From Ptychomitrium polyphyllum (Eukaryota), in NCBI GenBank assembly GCA_973851085.1, contig OZ316776.1, positions 2,728,001 through 2,792,000 of the forward strand: a DNA stretch of 64,000 nt. The letters are read 5' to 3'. Shown in pieces: positions 50,201 through 61,500 of this stretch. Both the position numbers and the translations under genes were made by a program. The notes beneath the pieces are model-generated. The model saw only the letters and a program-made list of their open reading frames with translations, searched no databases and was not told the DNA's origin. Every line of letters begins with the position of its first letter. The stretch's first letter is position 1.

Positions 50201-51606
50201 GCATAGTTGCAGATCAGATATATGCAAAATTTTATTTTCGTGGTAGTAGTGGCTTGAAGCTGAGAATTCGGATCCATGAATAGAAGTAGTATTAACACCA
50301 GTTCCAAAAGTTAGAAGCAGGGTCCTTAAACATGCAGGGATCTGTACACATCCTGAAGATCACCAATTTCCCGCATACCTCTACTTCCGCCTATGGTGGA
50401 TATTATGTTCTATATTCTAACTTCGAAGCTGCATTTGTACAATCGGATTGCTTGTGGCCCTATATCACCAACATCTTAAAACTAATCTAATATGTTTGTT
50501 TAGTTATTCATCGTAATAAATTATTGAATTTTAAAACAATTAAAACCTTATTTGAATAGAAGTAACAAAGTATAATGTTCACATAGCGGTTTATTATGTT
50601 CATTTATATGGAATTACAGAAGTAAATTTAAATAATTTCTTTCATTTGATGAATTAATTAGAATAACTTTTCATTCTCACTACTTCCTTTAACCAAATTC
50701 ACAAATGGCACCAAGGAATTTCATGACCTTATTACCTGAAGGACCCAGCTCATTTGGCAGAATGTAAATGTATAAAAATGTGTGACTTTTACAATTTTAA
50801 AGAGATTGTTTTTAAAAAGAAGATTCGAGGTACATCAAATAGAAATTACCTATAGGGTCAAAAGTTTTTAAAACATATTAACTTTTACCGAATCAATTCA
50901 AATCTGTTTACTTAGAAAGTTCATCAAAATTAAATACTTCATACGCAGAAATTAAAATCTTCACAATTGGTTGGAGTCAAAAGATGTAGGCTTTGGCAGC
51001 AGCATAAGAATTTACAGTTAACATCACCACTTCATAGCTGAGACAGGTATTGTATAAGGCATGTGCTGTAGAACTACATTCTGTTTCTAAAATATGCCTG
51101 GCAAGCTCTATGATAATCTACAAACAGATTTTTTCCAAAAATCTATGCGTGAGCAATGTAGTGGACTTAACACAAAAATTAGTGTTTGTTAGGTGTGATA
51201 AAAACTTGTTTTGATGAGTTAAATGAATGTTTCAAGTAGAAAATTCTCCCACAATTACCATGGCTCACCATAAAAGGAATCACGGAACCAACTACCCTAT
51301 AACAAGATAGTGATGATACCAATCCAGCAAATAACAGTTGAACTCCGTACACAGATATTGAACAATAAATACCACTGATTAAGATTATTTTAATGCTACA
51401 CAACGACAAGAACACGGGTTGCCAGAAGTTGCTACTATTTGTATAATTGACCTTTAAATAATCTCCGCTACCCTCCAGTAAAACCGAGTCGTTCACGGAA
51501 AACATAACAAAAAGACAATGCTAATCCACGCAAAATCATATCCTTATAGAAACACTTCACTACATAAATATGCTTGCAAGTGGCACCTCTATAGGTGCAA
51601 GTCGAT

Positions 51607-52819
51607 CTAAAGAATTGCAGCCACAGATGTCTCAGTAGAGAAATTGTTGTTTAGCTGTTTGGAAAGATCGGCATTCCAAAGGTATACTCCAGCAATATTG
51701 TTGCCAGCGTTTTTGATGTCAGTAACACAATTGTAGAACGTGGTCCCGGTGATAGTATTGGGATCCCCACTCACTTGAGTACTAAGTCCCACTACAGTAA
51801 TGGGCAGCGACTGAATCACTTGGTTGTACCTTGCTTTATACTTTGCACAAGTATTAAGCCCTTCACCATAAAATTGATAATTCACAGCATCGATGTAGCT
51901 GCTGTAGCTGTTGTAGAGATTCGTGTACCTCGCCAGCTGATCATAGCCCGGCGCTATGCTGACGAACCTGAATCACACCACGATATATGTCAGCTGAAAG
52001 GACCTGTTCAATCAAACCATAAAAACAAACACGCACGACACACACACACAAACACACACACACAAAAACAATGAGATAAAAGAACTAACAAAACTAAACA
52101 AACCTGATCACCCCGCTGTTCTTCAGGGTAGTGATTAGCTGCCCTATGAGAGACTGGAATGTGGCGCCAACACCATTAGGAAAGCGCTCTATATCAATGT
52201 CAATGCCATCAGCGCCGTAGTCTCGCACAATGGTAGTGATGGAAGACACGGCATTTGCAAGCCACTTGGTGGTATTTGTGGGATCATACCAATTCACGTT
52301 GTAAATTTGGCCATTGCTACTGTAAAGTTGAGATCCACCAATGGCGATAACAATCCTCCCGTTCGAATGTGCTGCTCTCCACTGTTTGGCAGCCGTTTTC
52401 GTTAGAGTGGGATTCCAATACACGGAGTGATTTCCATTTTGTGTGGCTCCACTTGGGCTCATGTCGATGGCAAATGCCAAGCCTAGTATCCATGTCACGT
52501 CACTTTGAGTTACTGGGACATCGTTGTAGGTTATGGCGACGCCGTTGGATCCAAGGTAATCAAATAGGATCCTCCCAGGTAAGACTCCTTTTGGAGCTGC
52601 ATACGAGCACTGGCTTTGACAACCTGTGCCACAGTAAGCACTCGTTTGCCCGCAATACCCATATTGGCTGCAGCACAAATTATTTGCACAGAGGACGCCG
52701 CCTCCACAATCAGCTGCAAAAGCCAGTTGCAGAATTGAAAGTAAAGATGCTAGTAGGACGATTACGACCGCCATCTTCTGTACACGCACGTCACCTCGAC
52801 TGCTCGCTAGTGTGGCCAT
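51607..52819 (-). CDS. Secreted chitinase: hevein/CBM18 domain plus GH18 (class IIIb/narbonin-like) catalytic domain; 2 exons (intron 51968-52103)
   Basis: Signal peptide; [34 protein letters not shown] (CBM18); [19 protein letters not shown] (DxDxE), [14 protein letters not shown] and GVYLWNAD. The start may instead be the ATG at 52774. Confidence 0.9.
52028..52064 (+). repeat. Imperfect (CA)n microsatellite in the chitinase intron
   Basis: acacgcacgacacacacacacaaacacacacacacaa. Confidence 0.85.
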
Positions 52820-53077
52820 GGCAGGGAACTACTCTAGCTTCAAGGTAACACTCACTCCAGACTATTTCTTTCGGTTACTCCAGTGCTTGTGAATTCTGTA
52901 AACATATAAGAAAAACACGGATGTGATGCGGCTATTTAAAAGCAACCAGAGCGGAAAGCAGCTCGTGATCAAAGTAACAAGAGAATAACTGAAGACCACA
53001 ATACCTAGACTCTACAGTCTCGATTAGGTATGGTCCTGACTTGAATTTCGCTGCTGTACTAACTGACTTCTCGAAAA

Positions 53078-53089
53078 AGTCAAAGTCAA
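53078..53089 (-). promoter_or_regulatory. Tandem W-boxes (TTGACT x2) upstream of the chitinase
   Basis: The + strand AGTCAAAGTCAA reads TTGACTTTGACT on the coding strand, about 150 nt upstream of a TATA-like TTTAAATAG (~52932-52940). Confidence 0.55.
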
Positions 53090-54230
53090 CATCGCTCCTC
53101 GAAAAAATCAATCAGCCACGATTTTTAAACTTGCTGTCACCCTAGCTGCCTTGCCCCAACACAGACAATGACATCATTAAAGTGACGGCAAGAGTGACTT
53201 AGAAAACAATAACATTAAAGCATTGGGTTTAATCATGTCAAAGTCCTCATCTATGGGCCCTGCTACTAACCCCTTGCAACTTCCAGGCAAGTCTACCCCT
53301 GAATCCGTCACTAACTCATAGACAATGTCGACCGCATGTTTCTTCTATCGTACGTCCTCCGCCTTACACGTTTCTTTTATCCACTAACTTTTTAAAAGAT
53401 AGCAATATTCTGTCAATTAAAACGCGAACTTCACGATGATAACAATAGAATTGTCAACACAGACCAAGTCGACAGATATACATTGAACAGGGCTTTGAAG
53501 CGAACATAATATGTGCATTCATTAGGATACTGTGGTCCTGTACCAAGTGAAGACATTAACATTGACTAACGTAGGTCCAATAAATTCCTCTAAAAAGGTG
53601 TAGACTTGAACGACACGCCCCATTTTAGATTTGATTTACATGCAACGAAAGATCTCCATTACAACCATTCTAGACGACATAAAGAGCTGTCATTTTAGGA
53701 TCACTTCTCACTGGCATTGTTTTGTACTGTGGAGATTCAACTGTACTTACTGTAGCTCTTGATAGACACTTCCGCAACAGAATAAGCTTGTAGATACAGT
53801 CATAGTAAATACAGAACATCACTACAATCAAAAACAAAGAGTAAGAGCTTGAACAGAAAAACATCATCTTGAAGGGATTAACCTTTCGAAACCTCAGGAT
53901 GGAAAGTAAAGTCCGAAGCGCCAGCCTCGACAAACTCATCCACGTAATCCATTAGGTTGGTCCTCACATGGCAAATCCATGTCCATTCTGCATAAAAATG
54001 AAAAAATGAGCTCTAAATGCCAACTATGCTGCTTCAACATCATTAATACCAAGCCCGGACTAATTAAAACCTTAAGAGAAACACAAAGGTAAAGTGCCAG
54101 CATGACACTTATAGTACTCACTTGGTTGCATTCCGACTTCAAGATTTTATCGATATAAGACCAACACGTCGTCCATCTGAGCATGATATATTTTGTCATC
54201 TACTCCTGCTTCCACAACCTGTCAGAGCTA

Positions 54231-55760
54231 CTACTCGTGATAGTAATCATATACTTTGAAATCGTTGTAAAGAAGACAACCACCCTTGTCATAATGCAGC
54301 AAATAGTAGCATTGCTCGCAAAAGAATGATGGGCAAGCAGGACCCAGCTTATCCTCGTATGTCACCTTTCGTGCTTGATATATGTTGCAAATACTGCACT
54401 TACGGTGCCGTACCCGGGCATGCCACTTCAGCACAGGATAAGTTGCCACGTCCTGCACATCCTTGGCATGTGCACGTCTTATGTCTCGAATGACAACTTT
54501 GTGCTTGCAGTCTCCCTGGTGACAGTAGAGATACTGGGCTCCGACCCGCAATTGTAAGTCACAGAAACGAGTGTATTGCATGTCTGAGGAACGGAAATCA
54601 GGAAGCTGATCGGTTTCAGAATGAATGGCAGGAATAACTGCTCGTGGATTACTTCCAAGGTCTCTGTTCCACCGTTCCGTTGCTTCCCTTGATTCTGCCG
54701 CCCACTGCAGAATAGGCTGGCTGTAGTCTTTGGCATTTGGATCCCGCATGTCGTTATAAAACACATCCTCAACCAAGAAGAAGCTGGACTTAGTGTCGAG
54801 GTTGCTCTTGCGAGCCAATTCGTCAGTGAGACAATAGAGCCGGTCCCGTAAAGCCGATAGAGATTGACTGCCAAGCACTAGAAACTCTTGCATCTTATCA
54901 TTCTTTCGCTGATTATGATAAAATTCTACGACAAACAGAATCTCCTCGGGTCTAAGCGATTCCATCGTATCCGGGTCCGAGGGAGCCTTCGTAGGAAAAT
55001 GCAATGCAGAAGTAAAGAACCTCCATCTCCGAAGTGGAGTCTTGTTGTCTTCGTCTGCCGCTTCCCGCTCCTGCTTGAACCGCAATGCATGCAGTTTAGC
55101 CTTACCTCTTTCCGTTTCTCTCCACTGCTTCATCCTCACGAGGGCCTCCTCCCGTCTCATCGCCGCCTCATCCACATCCGCACCAGCTTCCCGACTCCGA
55201 TCATACGGCCTCCCTTTCTTCCGTTTCGGAGCCTCCGCACCCTTCTTCCGCCTCCGCGAATCTTTCTTCCCACACTCCCGTGAACCAACACTCTTGCCAT
55301 CCATCAACGCCAGAAGCGCCTCCGCGGGCACCGCGTCCTCGGGCGGACCTCCCAATGCACCACCTCTTCCTTTCCCCATCCCTAACGACGACGTCTCACC
55401 CGACGCTTGCCGTGGATCGTCTTCCAAGCGCCCGCGCGCACGGCTCTGCCCTCCTCCTGCCCCGCCATCGCCAGCCTGCGAAATCCCATCTCCCACCAGC
55501 TTAGGGTTTCCTCCCTCCAACACCTCCGCTAACGCTTTGTCAACGAGCTGCGCGTCGGTGACAACTTTCAAATCCTCCACCATCACATCGATGCCGTCAT
55601 CGTCTGCGTCAAAGCCGCGAGAGTCCACTTCTAGTGCCGCGATGAGCGTGTGCCACGACCGCTGCAGCTCCTGCACGCTCAAGCACCCGGAGACGAAACC
55701 CGGCACGAACAACGGCCCTCCCGGCGCGCCCAGCGCTGCCACGCCTGTTGGAGCTCCCAT
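54231..55760 (-). CDS. SRD2: snRNA-activating protein complex subunit 3 (SNAPC3/SNAP50, SRD2), intronless
   Basis: N-terminal GGPLFVPGFVS; QEFLVLGSQSLSALRDRLYCLTD; FFLVEDVFYND.R; DYSQPILQW; LRVGAQYLYCHQGDCKH; C-terminal zinc finger CSIC...PSFFCEQCYYLLHY. The first in-frame ATG is at 55760. Confidence 0.92.
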   Translation of the reverse strand: MGAPTGVAALGAPGGPLFVPGFVSGCLSVQELQRSWHTLIAALEVDSRGFDADDDGIDVMVEDLKVVTDAQLVDKALAEVLEGGNPKLVGDGISQAGDGGAGGGQSRARGRLEDDPRQASGETSSLGMGKGRGGALGGPPEDAVPAEALLALMDGKSVGSRECGKKDSRRRKKGAEAPKRKKGRPYDRSREAGADVDEAAMRREEALVRMKQWRETERGKAKLHALRFKQEREAADEDNKTPLRRWRFFTSALHFPTKAPSDPDTMESLRPEEILFVVEFYHNQRKNDKMQEFLVLGSQSLSALRDRLYCLTDELARKSNLDTKSSFFLVEDVFYNDMRDPNAKDYSQPILQWAAESREATERWNRDLGSNPRAVIPAIHSETDQLPDFRSSDMQYTRFCDLQLRVGAQYLYCHQGDCKHKVVIRDIRRAHAKDVQDVATYPVLKWHARVRHRKCSICNIYQARKVTYEDKLGPACPSFFCEQCYYLLHYDKGGCLLYNDFKVYDYYHE

Positions 55761-56439
55761 CTCGCTCGACAAGAGCCGCCTCCCACAATGCACTTCCTCA
55801 CAGCGCCCTTGCTCGCCCCGTTACATACTTCCTTCACATGGTCGCCCTTCTTAATGGCCCAGCATTGTCCATGGGTGCCATGGGTGCCATATGGGTGCCA
55901 AGGCTAGGACATGACTCTTTTAGGTTTCAGTGCGAAAGGAACCTCATAGTTTCAGGAAGTCTGCCTGTCTGTCCTTTCGTACTTGTGAATTTATTTATTT
56001 TTACTTTTATAAATTTACAAAAATTTGCCTTACATGCTCTCACATCAAAGATGTGATAGCGGTCATACTTGTTTCATTCAAACTAGAGATTCATTGAAAC
56101 TCACAAGATATTCCCGAAATTTTACAAGGATTTATCGGTTACCATTTCACACCCAAACAAGAAACGAATTTTTAATTATTATTCAAAAATATGGATGTCT
56201 TTTTATTTAAATTATAAACCAAGATTAAAAATTTAAGGTGGAAGACTAGAAATCATGCCTAGAAAGTCGGTTGTGTAGGTTGATAATCTTTAAATGAAAA
56301 TAAAAATATTAAAAAAAAACCATAAATCAATAAACTAATTTTTTATAAAATATTGAAATATGGAAATGTAGAAGTACATATCTATCTTTAATCTATTATA
56401 TTAAAAATTTAGGATGTAGAATAAGGTATTCTCAAGATA

Positions 56440-56740
56440 TATTAAATACAAAAAGCTATAACAAGAGACAAAGATAAAATTAGGAATTTTGAGCTAGACT
56501 GCAAGAGATGCATTGTCAAGATTGAAGAGATCTTCAACCTCAGTCCTAATATATTATAGAACTACAAGCTTTGGAAGCTTCTTGAGGAACTTCCAATACT
56601 ATGCTTTGTGCTCAAGCAACCTTAAAAGAGATACTTCCTTAAAAGCTTCTTCAACCAAGTTAACTTCTTTGGAAGTTCCCTTAGCCTTCTTAAAACTTCT
56701 AAAAACCTTTCTAGAAACTTCTAATATGTATGTCCATAAT
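56440..56740 (-). mobile_element. Possible degenerate LTR fragment
   Basis: Dense GAAnnTTC/TTCTAGAA-type motifs (ggaagcttcttgaggaacttcc, aaccttctagaaacttct-like) resemble the LTR-like copies at 0.7-3.3 kb and sit inside an AT-rich spacer. Confidence 0.4.
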
Positions 56741-58550
56741 AGTGTGTGCTATTAAAGGTTCCAATTTAAAAAGAGGAATTTTTTATCAATCAAATTTAAT
56801 AAATTGTTCACAATCTATAAATAAGCACCTATTAGGAAGAAAAAAGGATTTTAATGCTATTACATTTTGGCTCAAAGTTCTTCCATCTTCCTTAAGGAAA
56901 CAAGCAAAAAAAACTTTGAAGGAGAAATTAAAGCCTAAAAAGAAAAAGAAAAAATCAAAAAAGATATTTTATTCTAAAAATGGATAAATAATTTTTGGAT
57001 TATATAGATTATAGATATCTTGATGTATATTGTATTTACTAAATTTAGAAGGAATGATCACAATGAAGTTGATTATAATAAGGATGCTGAATAAAAGATA
57101 TGACGTAAAATTTTAGTAATTTGATCTTTATTTGTATATTTTTTATTAAACATGCAGTTGAAATGTCTTACTTATTTTTGGAATACCTACAATAGCATCA
57201 ACTTATTCTTCCTACCTTGACTTTAATTCAATACTTCAACATGCCTTAAGGATCTACATAATTTAAAAATATTAAACTAATTATTACACGCGTTTAATTG
57301 TATATAAACTTGTAAATATTTATTGATAATTTTTAGTTTGTATATAATGACAGCTTTTTATAATGGCCTTCCAAATGAATATATAAAAAACATTCTAATT
57401 AAGTACTTGCATACACCAAAAAATACAATATGAAAACTTTATGTTATGCACAATTTTATATTGAATACTCAATAATGACATCTTTAACAATGTTTTATTT
57501 TTTAAAATTTTATTTTCAATAATTTAAAGTGAATTAATTAAAATTAGAATAATTTTTCTAATTTTTTTTAAATGGTCCATTGAAAAACAAAACAATTTAA
57601 GTTATAAAATGGATATATCTACAATAATTTGAAATCTCCAAAATATCTCCAAAGTAATTTCTTAAACCATTGAGGTGTTCTGGATAGTTTGTTATATATT
57701 TATTTAAAGATTTCAAGTTTAATGTATTAACAATAGTTAGTAGGCCAATATTTAATATACTAAAACCTAGTTATGTTAGCTTAGAACTTAGTTATATATC
57801 ATCATTACATACAAATTTAACACTATCCATATTTATTAAAGATCTAAGGAGTGATATATACTATATCCCTTTATAATGCTAATTTTGCATATATAAACGA
57901 TCTAAGATATCCATCACCTAAAATTCTTAACAAACATTACATTCTGTATTAGGTGAAAAACTCACTCTCTTCTTGGATAAGCAACGGTGAAATCATGAAG
58001 GCATAAGTCTAGGTAGGAGACTTGGCCTACAATCTCCCTCAATCTTCCAAGGAACGAATTTGCAGAATTTAAAGACGGTGTTCCCCGAGGTCAAATCGAA
58101 CCTTCTGCTGTCGCAAACGTCATTCTAATGCACTCCTTAAGTACCACGTGGCGAAAACGAAACGGAGGTCCCAAATGTGACAGTGCAGCCAAAACGTGAT
58201 GAAGTCGACGAATGCGTCCCATGCACAGATAACTTATGGTTATATAATAATCAGTTTCATCCACAAGTCCGAACGATGAGACCCACGAGCCCTAAAACCA
58301 AGTGAGGCGAGAGGTTGTGCGATCCAAGGAGGCCTTGGGTTCGATCGATTCTAGCAGGCCGGGGGCGATTGTAATCGCGTTGAGTGCACTCGGGCGGCTT
58401 CCCCGATTCGATCGATCGTCGCCGGTTTCGGGGAGCATGGTCGCCGACGAATGAAGGCGTGGCGCAGCTGGGAGGACTGTCTGACGGGCCGTGGGGGGTT
58501 GGCCGCAAGTGGCACAGGTATTTATTCTGCATGTGCGCGTTGTTGCAGAT

Positions 58551-61500
58551 ATGCAGCAGCATGGGGGCAACCCGGGCTCCCCTCGGTTTCCTATCAACCC
58601 TAACAATCCCTACGCTCGGCCGCAATTTTCACCGTCTCCGTCTCCTGGTATGGCCCCCGAGTTCTCCTCGTATGCACTCTCGTTTACACTTGCCCCTTCC
58701 GTCCTTCGAATGGCATCAATCTCACCGAAAGTGAGTCAGCGGCACTGTCCAGATCTAGCGTGGGACTAAAGTACTTGTGTTGTAAACACGAAGGTGTTTC
58801 TTGTACGTAGCACGTGGAGAAACAATCGAGCGCACTGAATTAGGAATTACTGGTTCCTGTTCCTTCGTGATCTTTTTGGAGGGACCAATTCTGCTGTCTG
58901 GAGCAGAGTTGTCGATGCTCGCTCGTCGTGATGGTCGTGTTGTGCATTGTCCTGTTTCTGTCGCAGGTTCGATTCCAAGACCTGGTCCGCCAACATGGCA
59001 GGGCGGTCCTCCTCCTGGCCCTCAGTTTCGACCGCATGTTCCAGGGCAAGCTGCTGGAGTTCCTACGACCATAGCGGATGCACTTCAGAAGCCGATATCT
59101 CCATTGCAACAGGGACCTCCATCGAGCTACCGACCAGGAGGTCCCCCGATGGGTTTGCAGCCATCTCAGGCAGCGCCTCCCGTCTCTGCTCCACAGCCCC
59201 CACCTTCTGCCAGGCCCCCGCCTCAGGGAGGTCCACCTCTGGCAGGCTCTCCCGGTGCAGTTCGACCTCCTTTACTCTCTGCACCGAATTTGTCATCCAT
59301 GGGAGCACCTGGACAAGCCGGCTTCCAAGGCAGTAGCCAGTTCCGTCCCCCTGGTGGTGTCGGCGGAGTGTCTCAGGGACCGGGGTATGGTCCTCCGGCT
59401 AGATTCCCCGCTTACACCGGCCCTCCACCGGCAGGGGGCAGGCCGCCATTCAGCAATCCCTCACAGGTTCCTCCACCTCCGGGTCCTCAGTTCGGGCCGC
59501 CCTCACATCAGGGAGTTGCAGGGGGCCAGTATAATCCGATGCCGCAGTCGCCGACTTCAGCGAGTATTCCCCCGCCGTCACAGTACCACTCATTGAATCC
59601 TCCCCCCCCTCAGTTTGCAGGCCCTCCTCTTCCTCCGTTTGGAGCCCCACCTTCGTCACATTCACAGGGGTTTTACAGTGGACCGCCTACTACGCCGATG
59701 CCAATGCCAGGCCAGTATGGTGATGGGCAAGCTGGAGCGTATAGCCACCCGCCGCCCGCAGGGTCTTACGGTGGGAACTACCACCAAGGGCAGGGGTTGG
59801 TGGAGGATTTCCAGTCACTCGCCTTGGTACCGGTACTGGGATCTCCCGAGAGCACGGTAGACCCATCCACACTACCGAGGCCACTCGACGGTGCGGAGGA
59901 TGTGAAGCCAGCTGGAAACTTGAGTTGTCACCCCCGATACTTGCGTCTTACAACCAACGCCATGCCGAACGCTCATTCTTTGGTGTCGAGGTGGCATCTC
60001 CCTCTGGGAGCTGTGACTCACCCTCTCGCGGAGGCACCACCTGGGGTATGGCACTGGAGCCCTGAGCCCCGAATCAGCGATGGTCTGAGCTTCAGATGTA
60101 GTCATGTGTATGGTGGGCAACCTGCATTGCCGGTGTCGTGTTGCACTTGTATGAGGAATGTAGCAATTGGTGGAGAGGGCAGTGGATTCCGCGTCAGGTC
60201 CCGGCTATCAACGTTGAGGACCGATTGTAGATACTTGTGTACGTTTCTCCCGGGGTGCTGTTCTGACGAGGAGCTTATCTGCCGTGAGGTATGACTCGGT
60301 GCTGATTGATCGCTTCATGCATCTGTGTGCAGGAGGAGGTGCCAGTGGTCAATTTTGTGGGAACCATAGTGAGGTGCCGACGGTGTCGGACATACATCAA
60401 TGCGTATGTGATGTTCACAGATGGGGGACGCCGGTGGCGTTGTAACGTGTGCTCGCTACTGAACGAAGGTCGGTTGCAGGTCATTGTGTGGTTTTGGAGG
60501 GGAGTGGACAGGGGGAGCAGGATTTTTGGATGTGACCTGTTGGTGGAATGTTACGCGTGCCGAGTTGAGGGTGCAGTGGAGTGTAGAGAAGTTCCGTCTA
60601 AAGCGCACAGTTACGCACACAGTTGCATGTGAGGTTTGCTGAAGGGAATGAACCGTGTGGTCTGTTTCAGTTCCTGTGGAGTACTTCAGTCCTTTGGACG
60701 AGAACGGGCGGCGGCGAGATGCAGACGAAAGACCAGAGCTCTCAAGTGGAAGTGTGGAGTTCGTGGCCCCAACTGAGTATATGGTCCGGCCACCCATGCC
60801 GCCGGTGTACTTCTTCCTGGTCGACGTTTCGTTGTCAGCTGTGAAGTCTGGGATGGTGAAGGTAAACACATTGCGTTCACCTTGCGGGGCTGACAGAGAT
60901 GGTTGTTGTTGGGAAAGTGTTGGCGGTTGGAAGAGGGCCTGGAGGTCGTGGTGCACCGTAGGAGGGGTTCTGGATTACCCTGTACGTAAGTTGCATGCAC
61001 GAAGATCGTGCGGCAGAGAAACGTGCGGGCCCTAGGGTGTGATGAGGTGTGACGTACTTGATGGGTGTAGGTTGCTGCAGATACTATCAAGGCATCCCTG
61101 GACAAGCTGCTGGGGTTTCCTAGGACACAGATCGGCTTTCTGACCTTCGACAGCACGCTGCACTTCTACAATCTGAAGGTGTGCACCGGAACTGGGTTAT
61201 GAGTGTGAGATGGAGATTTTTCGTGGAATATTTCGTTCACATCTGTTAAGAGGAAATGGTCCTGATGGTGAGCGGAGCACCAGCAGCACAGTCCTGTGAG
61301 AAGGCATATCGACATAGCCCTGCAGTCGTTCTGTAATGTCCCGAATAGGAAGATGCTGGTATCATTCTGGAGACGTATCGGAATCAGATGCATTGGGATT
61401 GCTTGGGTGATTTTCTGGGACGCTACGTGTTCACAGATCTGTGTGACGAATTGTATGGGACCCTTTTTGTTGGGTGCTTAGTGTACTCAAGCATGTCCCT

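Noticed and set aside
55042..55854. 270-aa plus-strand ORF
   Set aside because: Antisense shadow of the GC-rich SNAPC3 CDS; low complexity and no ATG start.
58330..58360. GGTTCGA motif suggesting a tRNA T-loop
   Set aside because: No cloverleaf stems or A-box around it; it lies in the SEC24 leader.
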